A stretch of DNA of 64,000 bases, the filler included, from an uncultured bacterium (lineage in GTDB: Bacteria; Auribacterota; CAZIXI01): assembly GCA_964543115.1 (NCBI GenBank). It is 6 parts of 6 records of this genome, joined end to end, with 100 filler letters (N's around TTAATTAATTAA, not from the genome) between each part and the next. Parts side by side here need not be neighbours in the genome. Positions count along the whole stretch, not along the records: positions 23,088 to 34,507 come from CAZIXI010000102.1; positions 34,608 to 46,011 come from CAZIXI010000103.1; 4 more parts are not named here. The stretch is one strand, 5' to 3'. The translations under genes were made by a program, and so were the position numbers. Position 1 is the first letter of the stretch. Every line of letters begins with the position of its first letter. Shown here one piece after another: positions 26,932-37,600 of the stretch. The notes beneath the pieces are model-generated. The model saw only the letters and a list, made by a program, of their open reading frames with translations. It had not been told where the DNA came from and made no database searches.

Positions 26932-29900
26932 ATGAAATATCTCCGTTGTATTCTTATATATATTCTTGTCTTTTTTCATTCTCTCTCATTGTATCCCCTG
27001 GCTCCGCCGTCTCCAGATATGGCTGGGATGGTGGAACAAGCGCGGGCGAAGTTGGCTGGGCCGACTAATAGGCTCGCTGCTGATTTTTATCAGACGCCCA
27101 AAGTAGTTTCGCCGTTACCCTTTCCTAATAATATCCTTAATGAAAGAAATGACAAAGGTTGGCTGACTAAACGGGAACCGGATTGGATGGAATTTTCCTT
27201 AATTGCTAAGGTTTTATTGGAATGTCTGGGAGAGAAGGGAGAGGGATTAGCGTTGGGTTGTTTACGTGAACGGGCAGCAGAAAAATACCAGGCCTACCGA
27301 ATTGGTTTTTCTAACAAAAGATTTCTCCAGCTGCTTAACAGTATGCGGAGACGCAAAATTATTTTAAGTGAACAGGAATATGATTTTCTTTTAGAGGATA
27401 GTGCCAAGGTGATCCTGAACGTTAATCCGCAGGTTCTGGCGGTTTGGGCGGATAGTGCGGCAGTGTTTTATGTCCAAGAAGATTTACGTCAACGGGTAAA
27501 AGACAAAGGGAGATTAGCGGCAATTATTAACAGATATTCCGAAGTGGCTGACCAGTGGGCAATGTATGGCTTAGAGGTAATGGATCCGATTCTAAAGGCC
27601 CTGGCGCAGATGGAGGATGAAGAGAGAGCAAAGATAGTCGGTGCAATTAAAGATTTATATTGTAAGCAGGCGCGTTCGCGTTTAGTTGATACTATTTTAC
27701 TGCAATTTGATTTTGAGAGTGTTAAGGATGGGTGGCTGCAGAATCAGACAGCGGATTTAATTGATAGACGAATATATATGGCAGCAGCAGAGATTACTTT
27801 ATTAGCCGGCGGTCTGGGCCGGGTAATGCGTTATCATGGCAATGCCTTAAATGAATTAGGGGCGAATGTTAATTATATTGAGCCGATGTACCGGCGGGAC
27901 AAAAAGGGGAATAAAATTGATTATTCAAAAAAGGTGCAATTTATCAAAAAGAATTTCTACACTTTCAGAATTAAGGTGCAGGGACAAGTGGTAGAGGTAA
28001 AGGTTCATCACGCTAAGACTAAGGAAGGGATACCAGTATTTTTAGTTGAGGATTCTTTGCCGGAAGGCCTGCCGGAAGAACAGTTGCAGAAGTCTTTTGT
28101 CTATAAATTATATACTTATCGGGACCGGGGCAATCAGGATAAGCCGGAGTTTAAGAATTTAGTGACTAATATGGAATTTACGGAATTCTTTTCCAAGGCC
28201 TCACTGGAATTATTGCGGCGTTTAGAGAATGAAAACAGGAAGCGGGAAGGTAGAGAGTGGAAACCGCCGGTTATTGATGCAAATGATGGACAGGTATTGC
28301 CGCTGACTGCCTTTGCCGAGATATTTTACCGGCAGGGTGGTAGAGATGTATTGGATGGGCAATTGAGTAAGCGAGAACAAGCAATGTTTAAGCAGATGAC
28401 CTTTTGTGGTACTACTCATACGTATCGCAATCGGGTGGATGAATACGATGTTCATGCAGGAAAAGACTTTTTATCCCGGGCCGGCATCCCGCCAGAATGG
28501 CAATGGATTTTTTACCGCAAGGAAAAGGGTAAAGATGCCCAAGATTTATACGATTTTACCAGTGCGGGGCTGCGTTGTGCAGATGCGGCTAAAGGGGTTA
28601 GTGCGGTACACACTCATGAAGTAGGTGTTTTTGATCCGGATGTTGATTTAGTGGGTGTCAGAAATGGCGATAGTATTGAATATTCCAGCAGTGTTTTTCA
28701 GGAGATTATGCGGGGGCTTTATGGTGATGATAAAGATTATTATTCATTAACGCCGGAAGAGATTGGGCAAATAAAAAGTAAGGCCAAAGAGCGTTTAGGC
28801 TTAGATGCAGAAAAAATGGTGGTTTCCTATTCTGGCCGCCTAGTACCAGAAAAAGCAGGAATGGATGTTGCTTTTACCCGTAAGGCTATTTTTGATTTAG
28901 TTAAAGCCGGAGTGCAGGTGGTTATTTACGGTAATGTACAGTCTTCAAAGGTAAGTGCTAAATTAGCGGAAGACTTGCGAAAGATTGGACGTGATCTTGA
29001 GAAGAAAAACTGGCCTGGCCGGTTTGTCTTTAAGGATCATTTTTCGATTGAGGAACAATTAGAACTTTTGGCGGCAACAGACATTCAAGTACAATATTCA
29101 ACGCGGGAAACTGGTGCCTGTGAATATACAGAGGCTGATGTTAGTGCCTGCGGCGGACTGCAGTGTTCACCGCCTTTCTGGGAGGGTTTGATTGGTAAGC
29201 AGGGTATCCCCATAGATTGGAAAAATTTTACGGGTAATACGCTGGTTATTCCTGAGGAGAAAGCGGGAAGAACATATCCTTTCTTAAATTTAATAAGACA
29301 CGCAAATCAGGTATTTTCTGAGGAGCAAGGTAACTTTTTAAAATTACAGCGGAATTCTCTGCGCTTAAGCCGGATATTACATGCCCGGGCCACAGCGGCA
29401 GAATACCTGCGGTTTTGGAATTGGCAGGTGCAGAGAAGAGAGGCGGCTGACGGAAAGAAAAAATCGCTAGCGCCACAGGCGGATTCAGAGATAGAGAGGA
29501 TTAGATTAGATCGGGTAACTGTTTATCAGCAAGCTCCTGTTGCGCAAGAGGTGATTGATCAGGGATTTAGGATTATGGGTACTGATCCGTTAAATGTGGT
29601 TGTTAAAATTGATCTGCGGCCGGAGATGGGTGACTGGGTGAATGATGCACAATCTGTTCGAGAACGGGTACGGGTACGTTTGCGTGATCAGCATGGCAGC
29701 ATAAAGTATCTTGATTATCAGTATAAGAGAGATAATATGGCTGTTTTTACTACGCAGATGGAGGGCCGCTCATTTAATGGCTGGTTAGAGGTAAGTTCTG
29801 GAAAATGGTGGGAACAGACAGAATTTCGGGTAACGGCTGAGTTAAGTAATGATGTTACAAAGGCAATTGAGAATAGGATAAAAACAGGGCAAAATTTTCA

Positions 29901-30309
29901 GATAGAAGCAGCCGTACCTGCTCTTGGATCGATACAGGGTGAAGATGAGATAGAAGTTGAAAAGGGCAACAGTGTGAAATTATTGGTTAAGATTCCTTTT
30001 ACGCCAGAAGAGGGATTAACAGAAAGTGATATGAGTTTAGTTTTATATACAGATTTATTTAGTGCAGATGAGAGATGGGATATTGTTGAGCCGAGTCAGT
30101 TAACAGGATTTAAACGAGTGGATACTGAAGATGGTTCTATCGCTTGGGAGGTTGAGTTTATACCGCAGCGTAATGGCAGGTTGACGTTCTATGTTACTAT
30201 GAGAAATGCGCCGCAGAAGCAGATCTGGCACAGCGATCATGAAGGGGATGATATTGTTATTCAACTAGTTGAGCCGGAAGCAGGCAGCGCAAACGAACAA
30301 AGCGTCTAA
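26932..30309 (+). CDS. Putative secreted GT-B fold protein, alpha-glucan phosphorylase (GT35)/glycogen synthase (GT5)-like, with C-terminal beta-sandwich domains; signal peptide + LAPPS; ends EQSV
   Basis: Start at ATG 26932 after GGAGGG. Motifs LAGGLGRV, DANDGQ, GTTHTY, AKGVSAVH, SYSGRLVPEK, GRFVF, ACGGL..PFWEG line up with phosphorylase/glycogen-synthase signatures. Confidence 0.75.
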   Translation: MKYLRCILIYILVFFHSLSLYPLAPPSPDMAGMVEQARAKLAGPTNRLAADFYQTPKVVSPLPFPNNILNERNDKGWLTKREPDWMEFSLIAKVLLECLGEKGEGLALGCLRERAAEKYQAYRIGFSNKRFLQLLNSMRRRKIILSEQEYDFLLEDSAKVILNVNPQVLAVWADSAAVFYVQEDLRQRVKDKGRLAAIINRYSEVADQWAMYGLEVMDPILKALAQMEDEERAKIVGAIKDLYCKQARSRLVDTILLQFDFESVKDGWLQNQTADLIDRRIYMAAAEITLLAGGLGRVMRYHGNALNELGANVNYIEPMYRRDKKGNKIDYSKKVQFIKKNFYTFRIKVQGQVVEVKVHHAKTKEGIPVFLVEDSLPEGLPEEQLQKSFVYKLYTYRDRGNQDKPEFKNLVTNMEFTEFFSKASLELLRRLENENRKREGREWKPPVIDANDGQVLPLTAFAEIFYRQGGRDVLDGQLSKREQAMFKQMTFCGTTHTYRNRVDEYDVHAGKDFLSRAGIPPEWQWIFYRKEKGKDAQDLYDFTSAGLRCADAAKGVSAVHTHEVGVFDPDVDLVGVRNGDSIEYSSSVFQEIMRGLYGDDKDYYSLTPEEIGQIKSKAKERLGLDAEKMVVSYSGRLVPEKAGMDVAFTRKAIFDLVKAGVQVVIYGNVQSSKVSAKLAEDLRKIGRDLEKKNWPGRFVFKDHFSIEEQLELLAATDIQVQYSTRETGACEYTEADVSACGGLQCSPPFWEGLIGKQGIPIDWKNFTGNTLVIPEEKAGRTYPFLNLIRHANQVFSEEQGNFLKLQRNSLRLSRILHARATAAEYLRFWNWQVQRREAADGKKKSLAPQADSEIERIRLDRVTVYQQAPVAQEVIDQGFRIMGTDPLNVVVKIDLRPEMGDWVNDAQSVRERVRVRLRDQHGSIKYLDYQYKRDNMAVFTTQMEGRSFNGWLEVSSGKWWEQTEFRVTAELSNDVTKAIENRIKTGQNFQIEAAVPALGSIQGEDEIEVEKGNSVKLLVKIPFTPEEGLTESDMSLVLYTDLFSADERWDIVEPSQLTGFKRVDTEDGSIAWEVEFIPQRNGRLTFYVTMRNAPQKQIWHSDHEGDDIVIQLVEPEAGSANEQSV

Positions 30310-30393
30310 TTTTGTATAAGAGGATATGTCAAGAGGAGAAATGCTTGTTGACATATCTTCTATTATGCGCTGAATAAAAAATATTCCCACCTA

Positions 30394-30422
30394 TTGACAA
30401 CACCTATTCCTCATGCTATGTT
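30394..30422 (+). promoter_or_regulatory. Sigma70-type promoter with extended -10
   Basis: TTGACA (30394-99), 17-nt spacer, TGc-TATGTT (30414-22). Confidence 0.7.
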
Positions 30423-30475
30423 TCAATAGCGATTCATTTATATTATATATTATATACTGATCCACGGGGGGCTTA

Positions 30476-33400
30476 ATGTTATATCTTCGAAAAGGGGTGG
30501 TGTGTCTCCTTGCCTTTATTCTATTTACTACGCAATCATTTCCTGCCTGGGCCCTGGCGCCGGAAAGCGGTTTGCCGCTTCCTTATCTTGAAAAACCAGG
30601 GACACTGACCACTGATTTTCAACAAGCATATGCTGCTCGTGATAATGATGATCCTCTGCCTGAACATAAGATGTCTGAGCGCTGGTTGCGGGAGATCTGT
30701 TATGGAGATACTGAGCTAATAGAGATGTTAAAAATCCTGCCTGATCCTGCCTTTATCATGGGTGATAGTCAAATCTGTTTGTTTCCTCAAATAATATCTT
30801 TATTGGGGGCTCTGGAAGGTGTTTCTGCCAGCGAGGTGCGGGAAAGGTCAATTATTCATGAATTAGCGGAAATAGAATTACGTGGCACTTTCTTTTTCCG
30901 GTTAAGAGACTTTATTGATGAAAAAGCGATGTTGACTGTTTGGAGGATTTACGGATTTACAGAGTATACTAAGGATCCGGTTAAGTTTACCGGCCATCTT
31001 ATTGCCGAATGGATTGATGATGCCCTTTATCCTGATTCAGGTTCGCATCTTGTTCCGGAGGTGCGGGAAATTGTCAACGATGCTCTAGAGAAATTAATAG
31101 CTGTGGTAACGAAGATGCAGGACCAACAATATGCTGTTCGTGTTTTTGATGATATTTTTACCGAAGAAAATATACAAAGAAATGATGATGGTACTGTTAT
31201 TATTAATCCTGAAAGAATTGCAGTTGTAAGAAAAAATCTGTTAGAGGACAAATACGCGAAGGAAGCCCGCGAGATGTCTGTTTTTCCGGGGCAGCAAGAG
31301 AGATTGTTAGAGAATGCGCGTAAACGCGCGCTGACTGTTTTATTATCAAAAAAGGAATATACCAAGGCGGCCCGGGTGCTGGCCGGCTGGCAGGAGGATA
31401 AGGGATTGGATACGGTACTTGTGGAGCTCTGGGACATTTTTACCGATCTGCAGGCGGAAGCCGCGCTTGCTGATTTTTTATCGGCGCTACAGAAGATTAC
31501 CGGTGAACAGGCGTTGCCGGAGCAGATTGTCGCCTGGTTGAAGGTTTCAGCGCTTACGGTATTGGATTGTGTGCCGGGGGAGACAAATGAGGATATGTAC
31601 CGGCGGCTTGACGCGCAGGCCAAGAATATTGAAATGGAGTATGCCCGCAATAACCGCTCATCTTATGAACATTTATTAGATCATCTGGAAATGATCACGG
31701 ATAAAAACCTGCTGGATTTGCTGCCGGAAGATATGAAGCGGCTGGCCCGGTATATTAGGGGTTTGTACGTAATCGGAGTATTGGGGCCGGCTGGCCAGGC
31801 GGCAGTAAAGACCGCCAATTTAATGGAAGAGGAACTGGCCAGGGAAAAACCGGATATTCAATTGTTGCGCCGGTACACGGCCGGTTTGTTGAATTTAGAT
31901 ATAGTCAGAGAAGGTTTACTCCGCCTGGTTGACAGGCAGCAGGAGCTGGATCTGGAAAATCCTGCCGGCCGGGACAGGAAATGGCTGGTGGCCCTGGTTG
32001 CGCAGGAGGTGAGGATGCGGATGGAAGAGCTGGCTGAGGAATTCTACCAGCTGGGATTGCAGGCCCTGGACCAGGGGGATTATGTCTTTGGAATTCGCTG
32101 CCTGAATAAGGCGCTGGATTATACGCCCTTTAATAAAGCTGATTATACGGATGTGATGGGTGAATATACCTCCTTTCCCCAGCCGGAAGATTTTCCGGAC
32201 TACGCGCCGCTGCGCAATTACCGTTACGCTGATATCCGGCAGGAATGGGACAGCGCGGTTAAAAAATTTATCAGTAAGGTGGGTATTGATCAGGTGGTGG
32301 TGGCCAATCTGGATCATAATCTGAAGATTCCTTACAGCCGCCTCTTAGGCGGGGATTATATTGCCGGTTATTCTTTCTTAACGCTGGCCACTGTCTGGCA
32401 GAGATTACACAATATTATTTTTAATGAAGAAAATTCTCTGGCCCTGCGCCATCAGGCGGCCAGCTGGACGGCGCAGCTAATGAACGCGGAGATTTTCAAA
32501 GGTAAATCCCTGCGGCAACTGGATCAGGGGGGGATGGATATCCTGCCGGAATGGCATGAATTGATCAAAAGGCGGCAATTTCATGAAATTGAAATTGACC
32601 TGCGGCTTTTCTTTGCCCAGACCCGGTCGTTTTCTCTGGGAGAAGAACTGGCCCATATGTATGAACAGATTACCAGTGATATTTACGAAGAGATTTATCA
32701 ACAGGAATTATTGGCGGAGGCGCTGGCGGAACAAGGCAGATTCTCTGTCGGGATCGCCCATCAGCCGCAGACGGTTAGTGATTACCGGGAAGATTTTAAG
32801 TTTACGGTTGAGGCGATTACTCAGGGGATTTATTTTGAGGTGCCGGCCAGAATTGAGTTTGCAATCGGCGGGATCCTGGATATCGGCATCATGGCCATGC
32901 ATTATCCGGATGAATTTTACATGATTAATACGCCTGGATTAATGCGGACCGGGGAAGAGGAAAAACGCACAGATGGTTTTGGCAAGAATATCAAAGCGAT
33001 GCTGGAGGTGATTGATACCGCGCCTGGTGAAGAGGGTTTTATTATTCAGTCCGTGGACCGGGGAATAGAAGGAGAGCTTATCCGGACAGAAGCCGACCTG
33101 AGTAAAAAAACCGATGCCTATCTTTATAAGCAGGCTCTGATTGGCTGCGGGATTATTCCGGAAAGCCTACTTAGCGGGGAGCCGGAACATGATATTGTGC
33201 GGCAGATAGTGGAGAAGCTGGTGGGGCCGGGGAAGGCGATTCGTTTGCGTTCACAGGTATGTTATATTCCCCAGCAATCCGGGTTCGCGATCAGTAATCT
33301 GGTTTGCGGGGTAGTGGCTTGTTTAATGGCCGCGGCCTGTGGGCAGGTTGAGCCGCGGATTGATCCGGATACCGGCCAGTATTATTTTGGCCATGATACG

Positions 33401-34507
33401 GCAGCCCTAATTGAAAATAATATTCAGAATACCATGCGCCGGATTGCCAGTCCGGCAGGCACGCAGGATAATACCCCGATATTTCAACAGGCGCCGGTTG
33501 AAAATGGTTTTGCCAGCGGCTACCGGGTAATCCGGGCGCAGGAGGCGGAATTGGTTCCGGGATTTCAGGGAAAGATCGTTCCCCGGGTGCATTATCTGCA
33601 AATGGACCAAGAGGCCAAGGCTGATATTGAGCAGGGTAGTTTTCATGTGCGGGTAGGTCTTTCCGAGGCCGGGGACTGGTCGTTAAAAACCGCGATTTCC
33701 CGCCATTTGCTGGGGGAGTCGCTGGAGGCGGTGCGCCAGAGCCGGCGGCTGGCCTGGGAAAACACCTGGCTCCTGCGGCTGGGTGCCACTGAACAGATTG
33801 CTCATGCCGGACGCCTGGATCTGGTCTGCCGGCAGGGGATTACTCCACCGGCCTATAACATGATTGTCGGTCAGGTGTGTGAAGAGATGATGCGGCGTTA
33901 CCGTGAGCAGGGGCTTTACGGCTATAATGCCGTGGGCGCGCGGATGACGGGTACAGTAATCTTTTATTGCGATAAAACAAAGAAAGGGCTCTTTCGTCAT
34001 AAGTTCCTTAAATTGCTTGATTATTATATCCGCGATGTTTACGGTGAGCCGGTAAAACAATATGAGGGCCGCACCGCTTATGATTGGGAAAGCACCAGCA
34101 AGGGTGCAAGTTGGCGCTATTTTAGTGCTGGTGAACGGTTGCAGCTGGCGGCGGAATTTGACCGCCGCTTCCACCTCCAGCGGGAAAAAAGAACGGAAAC
34201 TGTCTTCCGGCAGATGCATCCGGGAAACCCGGAGGCGGAACGGCGCGTTTTTGGCCAATCGCCGGCCACTAGGGAATTTGCCCGGCAGGGGAAATTTGAT
34301 AACCGGACATTACGGCAGCAGTACGGAAAGGATTTGGAAAATCGGTTTACGCAGATAAACGGCAGTATTAACTGGAAGTTACGGGATAGGCTGATTGCCA
34401 GAATGAAAGTTAACGTGGATCTTATTAAAAGCATTTTTGACGAAAACCAGACTACGGTTGTGGATATGGATAATCTTATCCGCTTAATTATGGAAGGTGA
34501 GCTGAAT
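30476..34507 (+). CDS. Putative secreted multidomain protein (3'-partial): signal peptide + LAPES, HExxE-like motif, helical region, diverged GHMP (fucokinase/HddA-like) kinase domain
   Basis: MLYLRKGVVCLLAFILFTTQSFPAWA-LAPES; IIHELAE; EVPARIEFAIGG (~32835), IPQQSGFAISN (~33266), AGTQD, YNAVGARMTG. Confidence 0.75.
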
Positions 34508-34607
34508 NNNNNNNNNNNNNNNNNNNNNNNNNNNNNNNNNNNNNNNNNNNNTTAATTAATTAANNNNNNNNNNNNNNNNNNNNNNNNNNNNNNNNNNNNN
34601 NNNNNNN
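34508..34607. other. Artificial contig linker
   Basis: 100-nt N/TTAATTAATTAA linker. Confidence 0.99.
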
Positions 34608-37600
34608 AACCATTTTTCCACAAAATCATATTTATCCATTTGTCCTTGATTATACAGTTCTATATCATGATCTATCTCTGCCCTTCTCGGATGTTTCGAG
34701 CCATAAAACCTCCCACTAATTGTCTGTAAATCTTCATCCGCTATTCGATAGAATTTCATTAAATAGGCAGTAAATGGGCCAATAAGGTAAAGATACCGAT
34801 TAACGTTGGCTATCCGTTCTCTGATCTCCTGATCACTAAGCATTTCCGGAACAGTTGTTGCGACGGTTGTCGAAGTACCAGAAGCAGTGGCATCAACACT
34901 TCCTGTCGCATCATCACCCGGACGCTGTCCCGGAATATGCGGGAAGGAAGATGGAAAACGGTTATCGTGCCACGGTCTACGCCAGAGAAATTTTGAGAGC
35001 ACCCACGTAGTCCAGAGTAGTAATAATGGTAGTAAAATAGTAATTAATAAAATACCAATAAAGACTACTAGTAAAAGCGGCCCCCAAGTACCCCGTTGTT
35101 TGTACTCTAAAATCAGATTATAGATCCAGTTGTTCTTGGCATGTTCCTTGAAATGGATCTTAAAATATTCACGTATGCGGCCCCAGCCTTCACCTTGGTA
35201 ATCGCGCCAGACACGCGGGGTGTAACGGCTGCGTACCTCAAACTGAATGCGGCCCTGAATATAGTAGGCACCATTTCTCTGGGCCAGCCGGTCGGCGCTG
35301 CTGGCCGGAGATACGCGAAACCGCGGCTGCTTGCGCCCGGCCTGCTTACCATCCACATATTCCTCCACTTCCCGCCAGGTTTTTGCCATTCCGCCTTCAG
35401 TAATATCTTCGTCCCAAACCCACATACAGCCGTATTTATCTTTAATCGCCGTCACGTAATGCAGCCGGTAAGGTTTTTCTACTCCATCATCTACCTCTGT
35501 TGTATGGGACGGAACACCGCGCATATCGTAATAAACCTTGGCCTCCGGGCGTTTAAGGGTTATCCCTTTATGATGTTCCCAGGCCATACCCATCACCAGC
35601 CGGCCGTCCGGATAGAAGGCCCGTTCAATCACACTCTTATATATCTCCCGTGTTTCATTCACCTGAAAAATAAATACCGTACCCCGGTCTTCCTTGCGTA
35701 ATTTCAACTCACCACTGTTAGCTACCACATCCGCACTATCAGTCTTGTAGGCAGACTCTGTATCTTCACGGGCAGTTCTTTTGTAGGCGACATTATATCT
35801 ATAGGTACGGTCCGCCTGACCGATACCCAAATAGGTGAGAGGTACACCATCTTTATAATCCATAAAGGTAATATAGCGAGGATCACCTTTAGCAAATCCC
35901 GTGCGCCCATTAATCTGGCGGTAACCGGTTTTAAGAATAACGATTAGTCCCTTGCCATTACGCACCTCTGACCAGCTTTTATTCACATGCTCAAAACCTC
36001 GGAGCATCAATAATCTCATATTGATCTGGCCTTTTCTGGCCCCGCGTTTATATTCAAATCTATCCTGCCACCTGCCGTAGCCCTGTTTAACCTTATATTC
36101 AATCCAACCCCGGCGCGGACCGCTGGTTTTAAGATCAATGGAATCGGTAATTGTGGATAGTTCTTTGCGCTCACGGCCATCTTTATCCCAGGTAGTCAAC
36201 ACATCCACAGTATGATCGGCAATATCAAATTTACCGTATCGATGACCGTAATCAAAAAATCTCCGGCGCACCATTACCTGTTTATGCAGTTTTCCCTGCT
36301 GCGGATAGGCCTTACCCACCTTAGGTAAGCGGTCACGAAACACCCGGTATTCATTTTCCAAGCGGCCGCGATTGTCTTTAACCTCAATATGGAATGTATC
36401 CTGCTGCAGCCTGCTATGCTTAAATACATTTTTCACCGTATAGGCAATCCGGCCATGATCATCAAAGAGATTATCTATTTTAGCGGGAATTTTGTATTTG
36501 CGGCCAATATCACCCCATTCTACCAGCGGTTTCTGCAGGTCACGGTAAATCTTTTGTGTATCCGTCTGCCGCTGATTAATTAAGGTATCCACTCCTCTGC
36601 GGCCCTTAAGATAAACAATGGTGGAAATACTTATCGGGCCGTAGGTAGTATCGATCATTTTCGGCAGATCCAGCTTAGTGCCAGGGGCGGTTGCCTGGCG
36701 TTGGGATGGTTTAACCGCCCAGGCCTTGGTGGCGTAAGGATAATCCAGAAATCCCAGCACTCCATTATCATAATAAAGCTGATAGGCCACTTCATATTTA
36801 GGCTGTAGATTACCATTTTCATCGGTAACCATATCATATTTCTGTGCCAATCTCCCGCGTACATCCATTACCTCCCGCCAATGCATATTGGAAGCTTGAT
36901 TCTCAATATGATAAGTTACCTCTCCGTCAATAAAACTTTCCGTATCGGAAACCGTATACAGCCTTTTCTGTATCCGGCCGCTGCTATCCCACCAGCGGGC
37001 CCAGGTTTCTGACCGGTGAGAGATATCATAAAAACCAAACTTCTTATCGTCATAGGTAAAGAACACTGTTGTCCGAATCGAGCTGTCCGGCCGCGGTTCC
37101 TCTTTGGCCAGGATGCGGCCGCGTTTGTCTTTGACTTCATTCCAGCTAAACTTACGTAACATATGCTTAAAATTAACTTTAAAAGAACCGTATTGATCGA
37201 CAAAAGTAAATTTGCCGGCTGGATTGAAATTCATGGCCAGTGAAGACTGGGAAACAAGCCGCCAGACATTGGGCCGTTCCTGAATTTCCGTATCCGTGCT
37301 GGTAGCGATTCTCAGTAAACGGAAGAGCCGCGCCGGGTAACCGCCGCTGTTTTCATATTTACTGCCGAATCTCAACATCTTCTGAAATTTCCCGGAGCGG
37401 TCCAAATACCCATCATATTTAGTTTCTGTAGCCCCGCGATTATCCTTAAATTCCCGCCAGATCAATCCCGGACGTTTTAAATCTTCTAATTGAATCAATG
37501 TGCGCCCGTGAGCATCAATATATTTACCGCCGGGCTGTTGTAACAACTTGGAAGTACTTAATTTTTCTCCCAGCTTTAACTGATACTTTACATCATAGCT

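Noticed and set aside
30430..30460. TATATTATATATTATATA tract
   Set aside because: Short low-complexity AT-rich leader with no further support.
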